From the NCBI GenBank assembly GCA_963785235.1, contig CAWAUM010000001.1:576001-640000 (forward strand): DNA of 64,000 bases. Direction: 5' to 3'. Shown here in pieces: positions 23,704 to 32,948 of the stretch. The translations under genes were made by a program, and so were the position numbers. Within the stretch, counting starts at the first letter, position 1; each line of letters starts with the position of its first letter. The notes beneath the pieces are model-generated. The model did no database searches. It was not told where the DNA came from and was given only the letters and a program-made list of their open reading frames with translations. This DNA comes from an uncultured delta proteobacterium (GTDB taxonomy: Bacteria > Desulfobacterota > Desulfomonilia > UBA1062).

Positions 23704-24921
23704 CTATTGGCCCCACCGGTAGGTGAGATATGGCTTGCTCTGTTCGAACACGATGCACATGTCTTCCAGATATTCCTCTGCCTGCTGATGGGACATCCCC
23801 TCGGTCTTGTTCACAAACGACAGCGTCATGCCGTAGTACAGAGGCACGAGGACATCAATGAGCTTGCCACGGTCAAGGGTCTTCTTGTGGTAGCTGATGG
23901 CGCAGTCGAAGAGGATCCGGGCCCATACAGCCACAGGCATCTCGAAGTGATCCATGTCAAGCGATGCGATCTCCCTGATCTTCTGTATATTCTCGGTGGA
24001 GAAAATGGACCGGTACACATCCCAGTGATTGTTGAACCCCTCCCGGAATTTTATGTAGAGCTTGTCTCTGCTCACCTTGATGGCAGGGGGCGGCTCCACT
24101 TCTCCTGTCCCGAATCCGAAGATGGCTGTGGGCTTGCTCCATTTGGTTGAAGCCCACTTGTCATGAAATGCACTCATGAGATTGAAAATGGTAATGACCA
24201 TCTGGCGGAACATGGTGCCCACATCAAGGGCAGGGTCTCGTGGTTTGCTGATCTTGGGCTTGCCCAGAAAGGCCTGGCAGATGGGGATTCCCTCGTTCAT
24301 GGCAATGGTGGTCATCCAGATATCTATGCCGAACTGGCTCACGTCCTCATCCCACAGATGACTTTTCAACAGCAGTCCGGCCATTTTGTTTGAAAGGCCG
24401 AAGTCTCCTCCGATGGGTTGCCTCACCCTCCTGCCGTACAGGCTCCGGGTGAGCGGATAGGCGATGTTGTTGGTCAACGTGCCATCGTATTTATGGCGCA
24501 CATAGAGCGGGGCCACGAAGGCGAAGTCTTTGAAAACCGGCTCTGCAAGGTTTTTAATCCACATGGGGGTGACGCTCTTAAGACTTGCATCAATGATGAC
24601 CGCAGCCTTGGCATCCATCTCCATGACCTTTCTGAACAGGTTCTTCAGGTTGGTCCCCCGGCCCCTGATCCCCCGGGGTGTGGAGACATACATCTTGGGG
24701 ATGCCGTGCGAGGGCCCATTCATAAATGCCTGGCCGGTCCCGTCAGTGCTGCAGTTATCACAGTTGATGATGACCGAGGCCATGTCTGGGAAGTATTCCT
24801 TCAACCCCAAAGAGGCCTGTTCGAGAGGGTATGCGATATTGGCGGCCTCGTTGTAGGACGGGATGCCAACAATAATATCGGCCTTTGTGATCCCGCCCGG
24901 GTTGTCCTCCTGAAACATCAT
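23704..24921 (-). CDS. GT2 glucosylglycerate/mannosylglycerate synthase-like glycosyltransferase
   Basis: IIVGIPSYNEA, YVRHKYDGTLTN, RQPIGGDFG, FGIDIWMT. Confidence 0.8.
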   Translation of the reverse strand: MMFQEDNPGGITKADIIVGIPSYNEAANIAYPLEQASLGLKEYFPDMASVIINCDNCSTDGTGQAFMNGPSHGIPKMYVSTPRGIRGRGTNLKNLFRKVMEMDAKAAVIIDASLKSVTPMWIKNLAEPVFKDFAFVAPLYVRHKYDGTLTNNIAYPLTRSLYGRRVRQPIGGDFGLSNKMAGLLLKSHLWDEDVSQFGIDIWMTTIAMNEGIPICQAFLGKPKISKPRDPALDVGTMFRQMVITIFNLMSAFHDKWASTKWSKPTAIFGFGTGEVEPPPAIKVSRDKLYIKFREGFNNHWDVYRSIFSTENIQKIREIASLDMDHFEMPVAVWARILFDCAISYHKKTLDRGKLIDVLVPLYYGMTLSFVNKTEGMSHQQAEEYLEDMCIVFEQSKPYLTYRWGQ

Positions 24922-25206
24922 CCCATTTCTCCAGATAATAAGTATGTTGTGAACAGACCTTTATTCTCTGATATTTCGTATGGAGTGGCAATAGAAAAAT
25001 ACCGGATTTGTGAGCTTTGAGAATGTCATTTCACATAATTTCTGCAAAGGCTTCGAAACAGGGGCTCGTAGTTTTCGTTTGTTTCAACCTAAAAATCATC
25101 GGTTTACAGACTTCATAAAACATTGGATAAATCACAGTTATATTCTGGCTTAATGCCCCTGATGTTCAGTTGGCCTGCTCGGTTCCAGTGATGCAGCACC
25201 TAGAGG

Positions 25207-25518
25207 TTAACAGCAGGTTGAATTTTTGGCAGTGTCCGTTTCGCACCCGCACCCGCAAACCGGGGCAGTACCCTTGAGCATGCCATTGAGGATGGCATAG
25301 GCGCATCCAACCCCTTGCTCCACCGTGATGGCGCGCGCCGGGCAGTTCATGCTGCAGGCCCCGCATTCCATGCAGGCATCGAGATCCGTGATGATTGCCT
25401 TCCTCTTCTCCAGGGCGAACACCCCGTGCGGGCACACTTCTTTGCAGGTCCCGCACCCGGTGCAGCTCTCTGCATCAAGGCGTAATGTGGATATGTTCTT
25501 CAGATAGCGCATGTTCAT
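25207..25518 (-). CDS. hgcB: Mercury methylation ferredoxin HgcB
   Basis: MNMRYLKNISTL, CTGCGTCKEVCP, CMECGACSMNCP, GVGCA and terminal CC; start overlaps the hgcA stop. Confidence 0.95.
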   Translation of the reverse strand: MNMRYLKNISTLRLDAESCTGCGTCKEVCPHGVFALEKRKAIITDLDACMECGACSMNCPARAITVEQGVGCAYAILNGMLKGTAPVCGCGCETDTAKNSTCC

Positions 25519-26603
25519 GACAGTGCTCCTATAAGTATGTTCGCTCCAAGCAGAAGGATGCCGCACGCACCTAAAGCCGCCAATGGCCTGGCGAAGAGGC
25601 CGATCTCCCTGTTCACCCCGGTCTGGGAGGTGAATGTGCTGCATCCGGTAAAGTTCAAGGCCAGAAAGGCACAAACCGCAGGCAGCAGGAGGAGGTTGCC
25701 CAGGAATGGGATCATGCCCCAACCCAGATACATGCCCATGGCAAGGGTCCACAACAAACCCAAGCCCCAGCCCTTCAGTGCGAAAGATCGGGGCGGTAAC
25801 CACGGCAACAGCACGGGTACGCCGATGGTGCCAATCAGCAGCGCACCCAGGACCGGGAGCGTGGATGACACCATGTGCGCCAGGGTCAGATTGCCGGTAA
25901 ACCAGTTCCAGGCTGCTACTGCGCCAAACAGGATCAGGAAGTATTTCATCACCATCACGAGTTCTATGGGCACAACGGCGGCCCTGTCCCACAGGGCGAA
26001 CCTCACGGTCCTCATGGCCGGGGTCGCCTGCATGTTGTTTTCCAGGAAGGGCTTGATGTCGTGCGCCCTTACCGGTCCGAAGACCACCTTGAAACCGGTC
26101 ATTGCCTTGATGGAATGCCCGGCTATGCCCGGCGCACCGAGCTGGGGCACGATGATGGTCTTGTGCGAGACAACATCCTTCAGTCGTGCTGCCCCGATGC
26201 GCCTTGCCAGCTCATCCGTGCCGAAGGTGCCCTTGCCGGCGGCGCACCAGACATTGACGCCTTTGGTGTCAAGGACCAGAATCCAGGCATCCAGGTCGCT
26301 GAGCTCGCTGCGCAGAGCATCGAAGGAGGGTTTGTAATTGGCGGTTGCCAGCACGATTGCCTCTTTGCCAGGGTTGCCCACCGCATAGAGGCCGGGCTGA
26401 ACCTGAAGCGCATCCCTTTTGATCCCCCACCTGGCCTTCCAGCGATCCATTGTGTCCTCAAGGCCGAGGTGTGTCCCTATGCGCGGGATCGGACCCGTGG
26501 ATGCCTGATGGATGCCTGTCACCCAGGGGCCGGTAGGCATGACAGGTATAATCTTTTCCTGAATGCTCCCAAATGATGGTTGCCCGGAGCAGCATGTTTT
26601 CAT
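25515..26603 (-). CDS. hgcA: Mercury methylation corrinoid protein HgcA
   Basis: PGLYAVG, TANYK, cap-helix motif GVNVWCAAGKGTFG, C-terminal TM helices, LNFTGCSTFTS. Confidence 0.96.
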   Translation of the reverse strand: MKTCCSGQPSFGSIQEKIIPVMPTGPWVTGIHQASTGPIPRIGTHLGLEDTMDRWKARWGIKRDALQVQPGLYAVGNPGKEAIVLATANYKPSFDALRSELSDLDAWILVLDTKGVNVWCAAGKGTFGTDELARRIGAARLKDVVSHKTIIVPQLGAPGIAGHSIKAMTGFKVVFGPVRAHDIKPFLENNMQATPAMRTVRFALWDRAAVVPIELVMVMKYFLILFGAVAAWNWFTGNLTLAHMVSSTLPVLGALLIGTIGVPVLLPWLPPRSFALKGWGLGLLWTLAMGMYLGWGMIPFLGNLLLLPAVCAFLALNFTGCSTFTSQTGVNREIGLFARPLAALGACGILLLGANILIGALS

Positions 26604-27070
26604 GTCCGTCCTCCACAATTATTTGAGCAGCAGATGCCGTCACGTTTCTGCGCAAGTACCTCGGACAGCCACCTGACTGCTTCCATGATGGATGCCTGAC
26701 CCCCCGGGACCCGTTGGAAGAGTTCGTGATAGAAGCTGTCGCAGGCGCTGTTGATGTCGTCGGCCTTTAGTTGCCCTTTGTCCGTGAGTTTCACCTGAAC
26801 AAAACGCCGGTTGACAGGATTGATGGTGCGTCCCACATACATCTCGCGCACCAGTGAGTCCACGGTCCTGCTCAGGGTGCTCGTGTCGAGCCTGAGCCTC
26901 TTTGCCAGGTCCACAATGCTTGTAGTGCCCATGTCGTCCAGTTCCATGAGCACATGGCATTGGGCCATGGTCACCCCGCAGCAGTCGGTCTGATCCTTGA
27001 GCTGGTACTCCACTTCCCGCTCGATCTGGCGTATGTATCTTCTGAATTCCCTGATCGGTGCGCTATCCAT
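26600..27070 (-). CDS. Cys-rich MarR family regulator
   Basis: DCCGVTMAQCHVL...LRLDTSTLSRTVDSL...NRRFVQVKLTDKG; stop overlaps the hgcA start. Confidence 0.88.
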   Translation of the reverse strand: MDSAPIREFRRYIRQIEREVEYQLKDQTDCCGVTMAQCHVLMELDDMGTTSIVDLAKRLRLDTSTLSRTVDSLVREMYVGRTINPVNRRFVQVKLTDKGQLKADDINSACDSFYHELFQRVPGGQASIMEAVRWLSEVLAQKRDGICCSNNCGGRT

Positions 27071-27087
27071 CCATGCCTCCAGTGATT

Positions 27088-27125
27088 AATGCAATAGATG
27101 TATAATGCATCAATTGCATTGTCAA
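27088..27125 (-). promoter_or_regulatory. Promoter/operator of marR-hgcAB
   Basis: Inverted repeat AATGCAATAGATG-N7-CATCAATTGCATT abutting a TTGACA -35 on the minus strand, just upstream of a GGAGG RBS. Confidence 0.65.
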
Positions 27126-27514
27126 GCTTTGCTTTTGCTGTGTGTTCACCATTAACCCGGAGTATGTGTTTTACCCTCATGGCCGCATAGCGGTCACATC
27201 GAAGAATGAAAACCAGGTGCACGCAATAAAGAGATTTGCTATAAAGGATAAGGGTCGTGATGCCAACTGAAGCTATTAAGCGCGGGTTTAACATGACCAT
27301 AGCCAGTGTGCACAACAAACTGTCGGCTCCTTATGGAGACCACGAATACAAACCTTTTTATTCTTGCAACTGGCGATATAAAAAAAGGTTTTTTTATGTG
27401 ACAATGATTGTCACTTGAGTAAGTGTTTTCTGACAACAACCTATGATTTGTAATTTCAACTAGTTACTCCAACTGTAGTTTACATACAAAATAGAAAAGG
27501 GGAAGGGTCATACC

Positions 27515-28792
27515 ATGAGTAAGATCGATGTACATTTAAAGACAGAATCGCTGGTGCTCCACGGCGGTCAGGAAGCCGACCCCACCACCGGGTCCCGGGC
27601 GGTCCCCATATATCAGACAACCTCGTACCAGTTCAGGGACACTGACCATGCGGCAAATCTCTTCGGCCTGAAGGAATCCGGCAATATCTATACCCGTCTC
27701 ATGAATCCCACCACCGATGTACTGGAAAGGCGCATGGCGCTCATCGACTGTGGCATCGGCGCACTGGCCGTTGCCAGTGGCCAGTCGGCAATCACGCTCG
27801 CCCTGCTGAACATTGCCCGCTCCGGTGACGAGGTCGTGTCCATGGACAATCTCTACGGGGGCACCTACAACCTTTTCCATTACACCTTCAAGCGCATGGG
27901 CATAGAGGTGAAGTTCGTCAAGTCAAACGATCTGGATGCCCTGAAGAAGGCCATAACGCCCAAGACCAAGGCCGTGTACGCCGAATCCATAGGAAACCCG
28001 AAGCTCGACGTGGCTGATCTCGAAGGCATTGCACGCATCGCCCATGACAATGGCATCCCCTTTGTCCTCGATAACACCGTTTCTCCATACCTGCTGAGGC
28101 CCTTTGATCACGGGGTTGATATCGCTGTATACTCTGCAACCAAGTTCATCGGAGGCCATGGTACCTCCATCGGCGGCGTCATCGTCGATTCCGGGAAGTT
28201 CGACTGGGCTGGTGGCAAGTTCCCTTTGATCACGGATCCCGATCCCAGCTACCATGGGCTGAATTTCCATGATGCCCTGGGCCCGCAGGCCTACATCATC
28301 AAGGCCCGTGTCATATTGCTGCGCGACCTTGGTCCGGCCCTGTCTCCCTTCAATTCGTTCCTCTTCCTCCAGGGTCTGGAGACGTTGCACCTGCGCATGC
28401 CCAGGCACTCGGAAAACGCGCTGGCGGTGGCAGGGTACCTGGAAAAACATCCGAAGGTCGCCTGGGTCAACTACCCGGGGCTCACATCCAGCCCGGAGTA
28501 CGAGAAGGTGAAGAGGTATCTCGCCAAGGGGGCAGGCGCTATTATCGGCTTCGGCATTAAAGGTGGAGCCGAGGCAGGGAAGAAATTCATCAATTCACTC
28601 AACCTTGTGTCGCACCTGGCGAACATCGGGGATGCAAAAACCCTAGCCATACATCCGGCAACCACAACGCATCAGCAGCTCTCTGCGGCGGAACAGCTCG
28701 CCACCGGGGTAACGCCTGATTTCATAAGGCTTTCCATCGGCATCGAGCACGTTGATGATATCATTGCAGATATCGATCAGGCCCTGGGGTAA
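27515..28792 (+). CDS. metY: O-acetylhomoserine aminocarboxypropyltransferase
   Basis: [32 protein letters not shown] lysine, [10 protein letters not shown]. Confidence 0.92.
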   Translation: MSKIDVHLKTESLVLHGGQEADPTTGSRAVPIYQTTSYQFRDTDHAANLFGLKESGNIYTRLMNPTTDVLERRMALIDCGIGALAVASGQSAITLALLNIARSGDEVVSMDNLYGGTYNLFHYTFKRMGIEVKFVKSNDLDALKKAITPKTKAVYAESIGNPKLDVADLEGIARIAHDNGIPFVLDNTVSPYLLRPFDHGVDIAVYSATKFIGGHGTSIGGVIVDSGKFDWAGGKFPLITDPDPSYHGLNFHDALGPQAYIIKARVILLRDLGPALSPFNSFLFLQGLETLHLRMPRHSENALAVAGYLEKHPKVAWVNYPGLTSSPEYEKVKRYLAKGAGAIIGFGIKGGAEAGKKFINSLNLVSHLANIGDAKTLAIHPATTTHQQLSAAEQLATGVTPDFIRLSIGIEHVDDIIADIDQALG

Positions 28793-28876
28793 ATAGTGTA
28801 GGAGCGGCTTTAGCCGCAATGGAAAGAGTAGGGGCCCACCCTTTTAAGATGTGCCAAGCATGAAAGGACAACGGAC

Positions 28877-29812
28877 ATGATTTATAACGACATTACCGAA
28901 ACTGTTGGCAGGACGCCCCTGGTAAGGATCAATCACCTCACTCAAGGTCTGGATGCAACCATCCTGGCCAAGATGGAGTCATTCAATCCTCTCTCCAGCG
29001 TGAAGGACCGCATCGGTGTGGCCATGATCGAGGCAGCCGAGAAGCAGGGGCTCATCAACAAGGATACGGTCATCATCGAGCCCACCAGCGGCAATACCGG
29101 CATAGGCCTTGCTTTTGTCGCAGCAGCCAGAGGGTACCGGCTCATCCTCACCATGCCCGAGACCATGAGCATGGAAAGGCGGCAGCTCCTTTCCATCCTC
29201 GGGGCAGAACTTGTCCTCACCGAGGGTGCCAAGGGCATGAAGGGTGCAATTGAAAAGGCGCAGGAGCTTGCAGGCGAGAGGAGGAACAGCTTCATGCCCC
29301 AGCAGTTCAAGAACAAGGCAAACCCGGAGATACACCGGAAGACCACTGCCCAGGAGATCTGGAAGGACTCAGGAGGCAACGTGGATTACTTCATTGCCGG
29401 GATCGGAACCGGGGGGACCATCACCGGGGTGGGAGAGGTTTTGAAGGCCAGAAGACCGTCGGTAAAGATCATCGGCATCGAGCCTGTTGATTCCCCGGTG
29501 CTTACAGCAGGCAGGTCAGGGCCCCACAAGATACAGGGCATTGGCGCCGGGTTTGTGCCTGATATCCTCAACAGGGAAGTCCTTGACGAGATTATCCTGG
29601 TGGCCCACGAGGATGCCGGGAAGACGGCGCGCGCCCTTGCCAGGCAGGAGGGAATCCTGGTGGGCATATCGAGCGGGGCTGCCATGTGGGCCGCCCTTGA
29701 GGTGGCGAAGCGTATTGAGGCCAAAGGCACCACCATTGTCGTCCTGCTGCCGGACAGCGGGGAACGGTACCTTTCAACGTGGCTGTTCCAGACCGGCATA
29801 GATAATAAGTGA
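28877..29812 (+). CDS. cysK: Cysteine synthase A
   Basis: [38 protein letters not shown]. Confidence 0.95.
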   Translation: MIYNDITETVGRTPLVRINHLTQGLDATILAKMESFNPLSSVKDRIGVAMIEAAEKQGLINKDTVIIEPTSGNTGIGLAFVAAARGYRLILTMPETMSMERRQLLSILGAELVLTEGAKGMKGAIEKAQELAGERRNSFMPQQFKNKANPEIHRKTTAQEIWKDSGGNVDYFIAGIGTGGTITGVGEVLKARRPSVKIIGIEPVDSPVLTAGRSGPHKIQGIGAGFVPDILNREVLDEIILVAHEDAGKTARALARQEGILVGISSGAAMWAALEVAKRIEAKGTTIVVLLPDSGERYLSTWLFQTGIDNK

Positions 29813-29910
29813 AGTATTAACAAATTGTTAACATCTATGACCTGGATGAGGTCTTGACTGGCACCTCATGTATCCACACTATTAGTAAGAACAAACAAAA
29901 GGAGCGGATT

Positions 29911-30300
29911 ATGAAGAAGATTATTCTTGTGACCATGCTGATACTTATGGTGGCCGGGATTTCGTATGCTAAAGACTTCGAACTGACCAAAAAGGCCGGG
30001 CCGTACACGGTTGTGGTCAAGATGGACAAGAACCCCCCGGTCATGGGTGATAACGGGATAACCATCACCATCAAGGATGCTGCCGGCAAGGTCGTAAAAG
30101 ACGCCAAGGTGGCCTTTGATTACGAGATGCCCGCCATGCCCGGCATGCCTGCCATGGCATACAAAGGCCAGTCGCAGCTCAAGGGAGACTCATATGTGGG
30201 GACGATAAACTTCTCCATGGGAGGTTCCTGGACCGTGAAGATAAAGATCACCCGGTCCGGCAAGACGGACAGCCTGAAATTCAACGTTGACGTGTCATAG
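29911..30300 (+). CDS. Exported YtkA/FixH-like Met-rich accessory protein of the metal efflux operon
   Basis: Signal peptide, MPAMPGMPAM motif, FSMGGSW. Confidence 0.75.
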   Translation: MKKIILVTMLILMVAGISYAKDFELTKKAGPYTVVVKMDKNPPVMGDNGITITIKDAAGKVVKDAKVAFDYEMPAMPGMPAMAYKGQSQLKGDSYVGTINFSMGGSWTVKIKITRSGKTDSLKFNVDVS

Positions 30301-30308
30301 CAGGTAGT

Positions 30309-31577
30309 TTGCCCATGCCTGCAGCAGCAAGGTTACTGGGAGGTCTTGTCTGTATCGTCCTTATGTATTCGGGCTGCGCCTTTGGACAGGATCCCCCTGT
30401 AATACTCACAGACCTCATCACCAAAGCCCTGCAGAACAGTCCGGAGATAAAGGCCGCCGAGGCTAAGGCAGAGGCCATGGCCCAGAAGGCGCCCATGGAA
30501 GGGAGCCTCATGGATCCCATGTTCTCTGTCGGGTATCAGAACGAAGGCCTCAAGGAATACAACTACGGTGAAACCCCTGATGCCCAGTGGATGTTTTCCC
30601 TGGCACAGACCTTTCCCTGGCCGGGCAAACGCACGCTGCAGGAAGAGTCGGCCACCCTCGATGCCGATGCCGAGAAGGCCTCTGCCGAGATGGTGCGGCG
30701 CGAGGTAATTGTGAAGGTTACCCAGGCTTATTATGACCTTGTGCTGATCACCAAGGAGCTGGACCTGATCCGGGCCCGGAGACCTCTTATCGAACAGATG
30801 GAGGACATCGCGCTGAAACGTTATGCTGCAGGCACGCTCTCCCAGGATGAAGTCCTCATGGCCCAGGCTGAAAAGTACATGCTCGTCGAGGCCCAGGAGA
30901 TGGCCATGAGCAGAAAGGAGACGGCCGAAGCCATAATCAGGCAGGCGATCGGCAGTACGGACACCTCCCCGTTTGGAAGGCCAGTAGAAGCCTTACCTAC
31001 GGTCTTTCCGTACACGTCTGATGAGTTGATCGATCGGGCAAACCGGGAATCGCCCGAGATCCGCATGCGCGAAAAACTCATGCTGGCATCCGGCAAAAGG
31101 GTTGGAAGGTCACAAAAGGATGCCTGGCCCGATGTTACGGTCATGGGGAAATATTCGAGCCGGGGCGGGGGACTCGAAGACATGGCAGAGCTCACCTTCA
31201 GTGTGCCTCTGCCCCTGTACTATAAGAACAGGCAGGAGCCCGGCATATCGGAGGCTTCCTGGATGAACGCCAGTGCCCAGAAAGAGCTTGAGGCATCCAG
31301 GTACAAGGCCGCTTCCGAAATCAGGGACAACCTCGCCATGATTCATGCGGCCGAACGCATCATGCAGCTCTACCGGAATGCCCTTCTCCCCAAGTCAAGA
31401 CAGGTCATCGATGCCGCCCTGGCATCGTTCTCATCGGGACGGCTGGAGGCATCCATGGCACTGAGCAAACTGAAGGTTCCATTCGACTACGAGCTCACTG
31501 CCTGGCAGCAGCAGGTGATCCGGGAAAAGGCCATTGCACGGATCAAGGCTATGACCGGTGACATGGAGGCCAAGTAA
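30309..31577 (+). CDS. TolC-family outer membrane factor (CusC-like)
   Basis: ALQNSPEIKAA, QTFPWPGK, SVPLPLY; lies upstream of the adaptor and RND genes. Confidence 0.88.
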   Translation: MPMPAAARLLGGLVCIVLMYSGCAFGQDPPVILTDLITKALQNSPEIKAAEAKAEAMAQKAPMEGSLMDPMFSVGYQNEGLKEYNYGETPDAQWMFSLAQTFPWPGKRTLQEESATLDADAEKASAEMVRREVIVKVTQAYYDLVLITKELDLIRARRPLIEQMEDIALKRYAAGTLSQDEVLMAQAEKYMLVEAQEMAMSRKETAEAIIRQAIGSTDTSPFGRPVEALPTVFPYTSDELIDRANRESPEIRMREKLMLASGKRVGRSQKDAWPDVTVMGKYSSRGGGLEDMAELTFSVPLPLYYKNRQEPGISEASWMNASAQKELEASRYKAASEIRDNLAMIHAAERIMQLYRNALLPKSRQVIDAALASFSSGRLEASMALSKLKVPFDYELTAWQQQVIREKAIARIKAMTGDMEAK

Positions 31578-32755
31578 TGAAGATAAATAGCTGGTCTGTT
31601 GCGGGCATCATCATCGTTGCAGCGATTGCAGCGGCTGTTGGTTATGCGGTTATGAAAGGTGAAAAACAGGCCCCTTCAGACAAGCAGGGGCATGTGCACG
31701 GGGCACCTCCTGTTGTGGAACAGCCTGCTGCAGCCGCTGACGAGGGGCCTCCCACGGTGGAGATCCCTGAGGATGCCCAGAAACTCATCGGCGTGAAGAC
31801 GGTCCCTGCCGCAGTGGTGGACATGGCCAAAACCATCCGGTTAACCGGTCGCATCGACTATGACGAGAAACTGCTCTTCACGGTGAACACCAAGGTGGAA
31901 GGATGGATCGAGCGTCTCTATGTGGATTATACCGGGAGGTTGGTGAAGAAGGGCGAGCCTCTTATGGAGATCTACAGCCCTGATCTGTTCTCGGCCCAGC
32001 AGGAACTCATCAGCCTGTGGGGCTGGAAGAAGCCTGAAGGGACCACGGGTGTGGACAGCATGCTCGATGTCGATTCGGAAAAACTCAAGCAGGCCTCCAG
32101 GCAGCGGCTGCGGCTCTGGGATATCTCGGATGCCCAGATCGACCGCATCGTCAGGACCGGCAAGCCAGAACGGACCCTGACCATTGCAAGTCCGGTCTCT
32201 GGTTACGTGGTGAAGCGCTATGCCACAAGGGGCATGCGGGTCATGGCAGGCGAGCCCCTGTTCGACATCGTGGACCTCAGCAGGGTGTGGGTCGTCTCCC
32301 AGGTGAGCGAGCCTGACATGGCCCTGGTGAAACCAGGTCAGGAGGCGCGCATCACCGTGACAGGCCTGCCCGGCACGGTCTATTCGTCACGCATCGACTA
32401 TGTCTACCCGGTGATCAATGAACAGACCCGGACGCTCGAGGTGAGGAGCACGCTGCCGAATCCGGGGGAGACCCTCAAGCCCCAGATGTTCGCCACGGTG
32501 GAGATCTCTGTGAACCTCGGTAAAAGGCTTGCCGTGCCCGAGGATGCGGTCATGGACACGGGCGAGCGCCAGATCGTGTACGTGGACAGGGGTGAGGGCA
32601 TGTTCGAGCCACGAGCGGTGACGAGCGGCATCCGTGCGGGAGGCAGGAGGGAGATCGTCTCGGGATTGAAGGCAGGAGAGCGTGTTGCCGCATCCGCCCT
32701 GTTCCTCATCGATTCCGAGGCCCAGCTCAGGGGCGTTGCGCCTGCGGTGAAGTGA
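31577..32755 (+). CDS. cusB: Heavy-metal RND periplasmic adaptor (CusB-like)
   Basis: GWIERLYVDYTG, IYSPDLFSAQQE, LKPQMFA, FLIDSEAQL. Confidence 0.85.
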   Translation: MKINSWSVAGIIIVAAIAAAVGYAVMKGEKQAPSDKQGHVHGAPPVVEQPAAAADEGPPTVEIPEDAQKLIGVKTVPAAVVDMAKTIRLTGRIDYDEKLLFTVNTKVEGWIERLYVDYTGRLVKKGEPLMEIYSPDLFSAQQELISLWGWKKPEGTTGVDSMLDVDSEKLKQASRQRLRLWDISDAQIDRIVRTGKPERTLTIASPVSGYVVKRYATRGMRVMAGEPLFDIVDLSRVWVVSQVSEPDMALVKPGQEARITVTGLPGTVYSSRIDYVYPVINEQTRTLEVRSTLPNPGETLKPQMFATVEISVNLGKRLAVPEDAVMDTGERQIVYVDRGEGMFEPRAVTSGIRAGGRREIVSGLKAGERVAASALFLIDSEAQLRGVAPAVK

Positions 32756-32820
32756 GGCCGGGGTAAATGGGAAACTTCTGCAAAACGTACCGGGCTGAGG
32801 AAAGATCCTTTACAGGCCTG

Positions 32821-32894
32821 ATCAATTCTTTCATTTCCCCCATTACGCCTTCTCTTTGGGCTATTAAGCCGTTGGGGGAAATGAAAGAATTGAT
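32821..32894. repeat. Long inverted repeat between cusB and cusA
   Basis: ATCAATTCTTTCATTTCCCCCA pairs perfectly with TGGGGGAAATGAAAGAATTGAT (22 bp, 30-nt loop). Confidence 0.85.
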
Positions 32895-32948
32895 TAGGTA
32901 AGGTTTTATGTTTGCCATAACATCATCCATAGAGACGGGAAGGCCCGT

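Noticed and set aside
25519-25992. 261-aa ORF 25207..25992 as a long ferredoxin fusion
   Set aside because: The upstream part is an alternative frame inside hgcA; HgcB starts at 25518 (or 25512).
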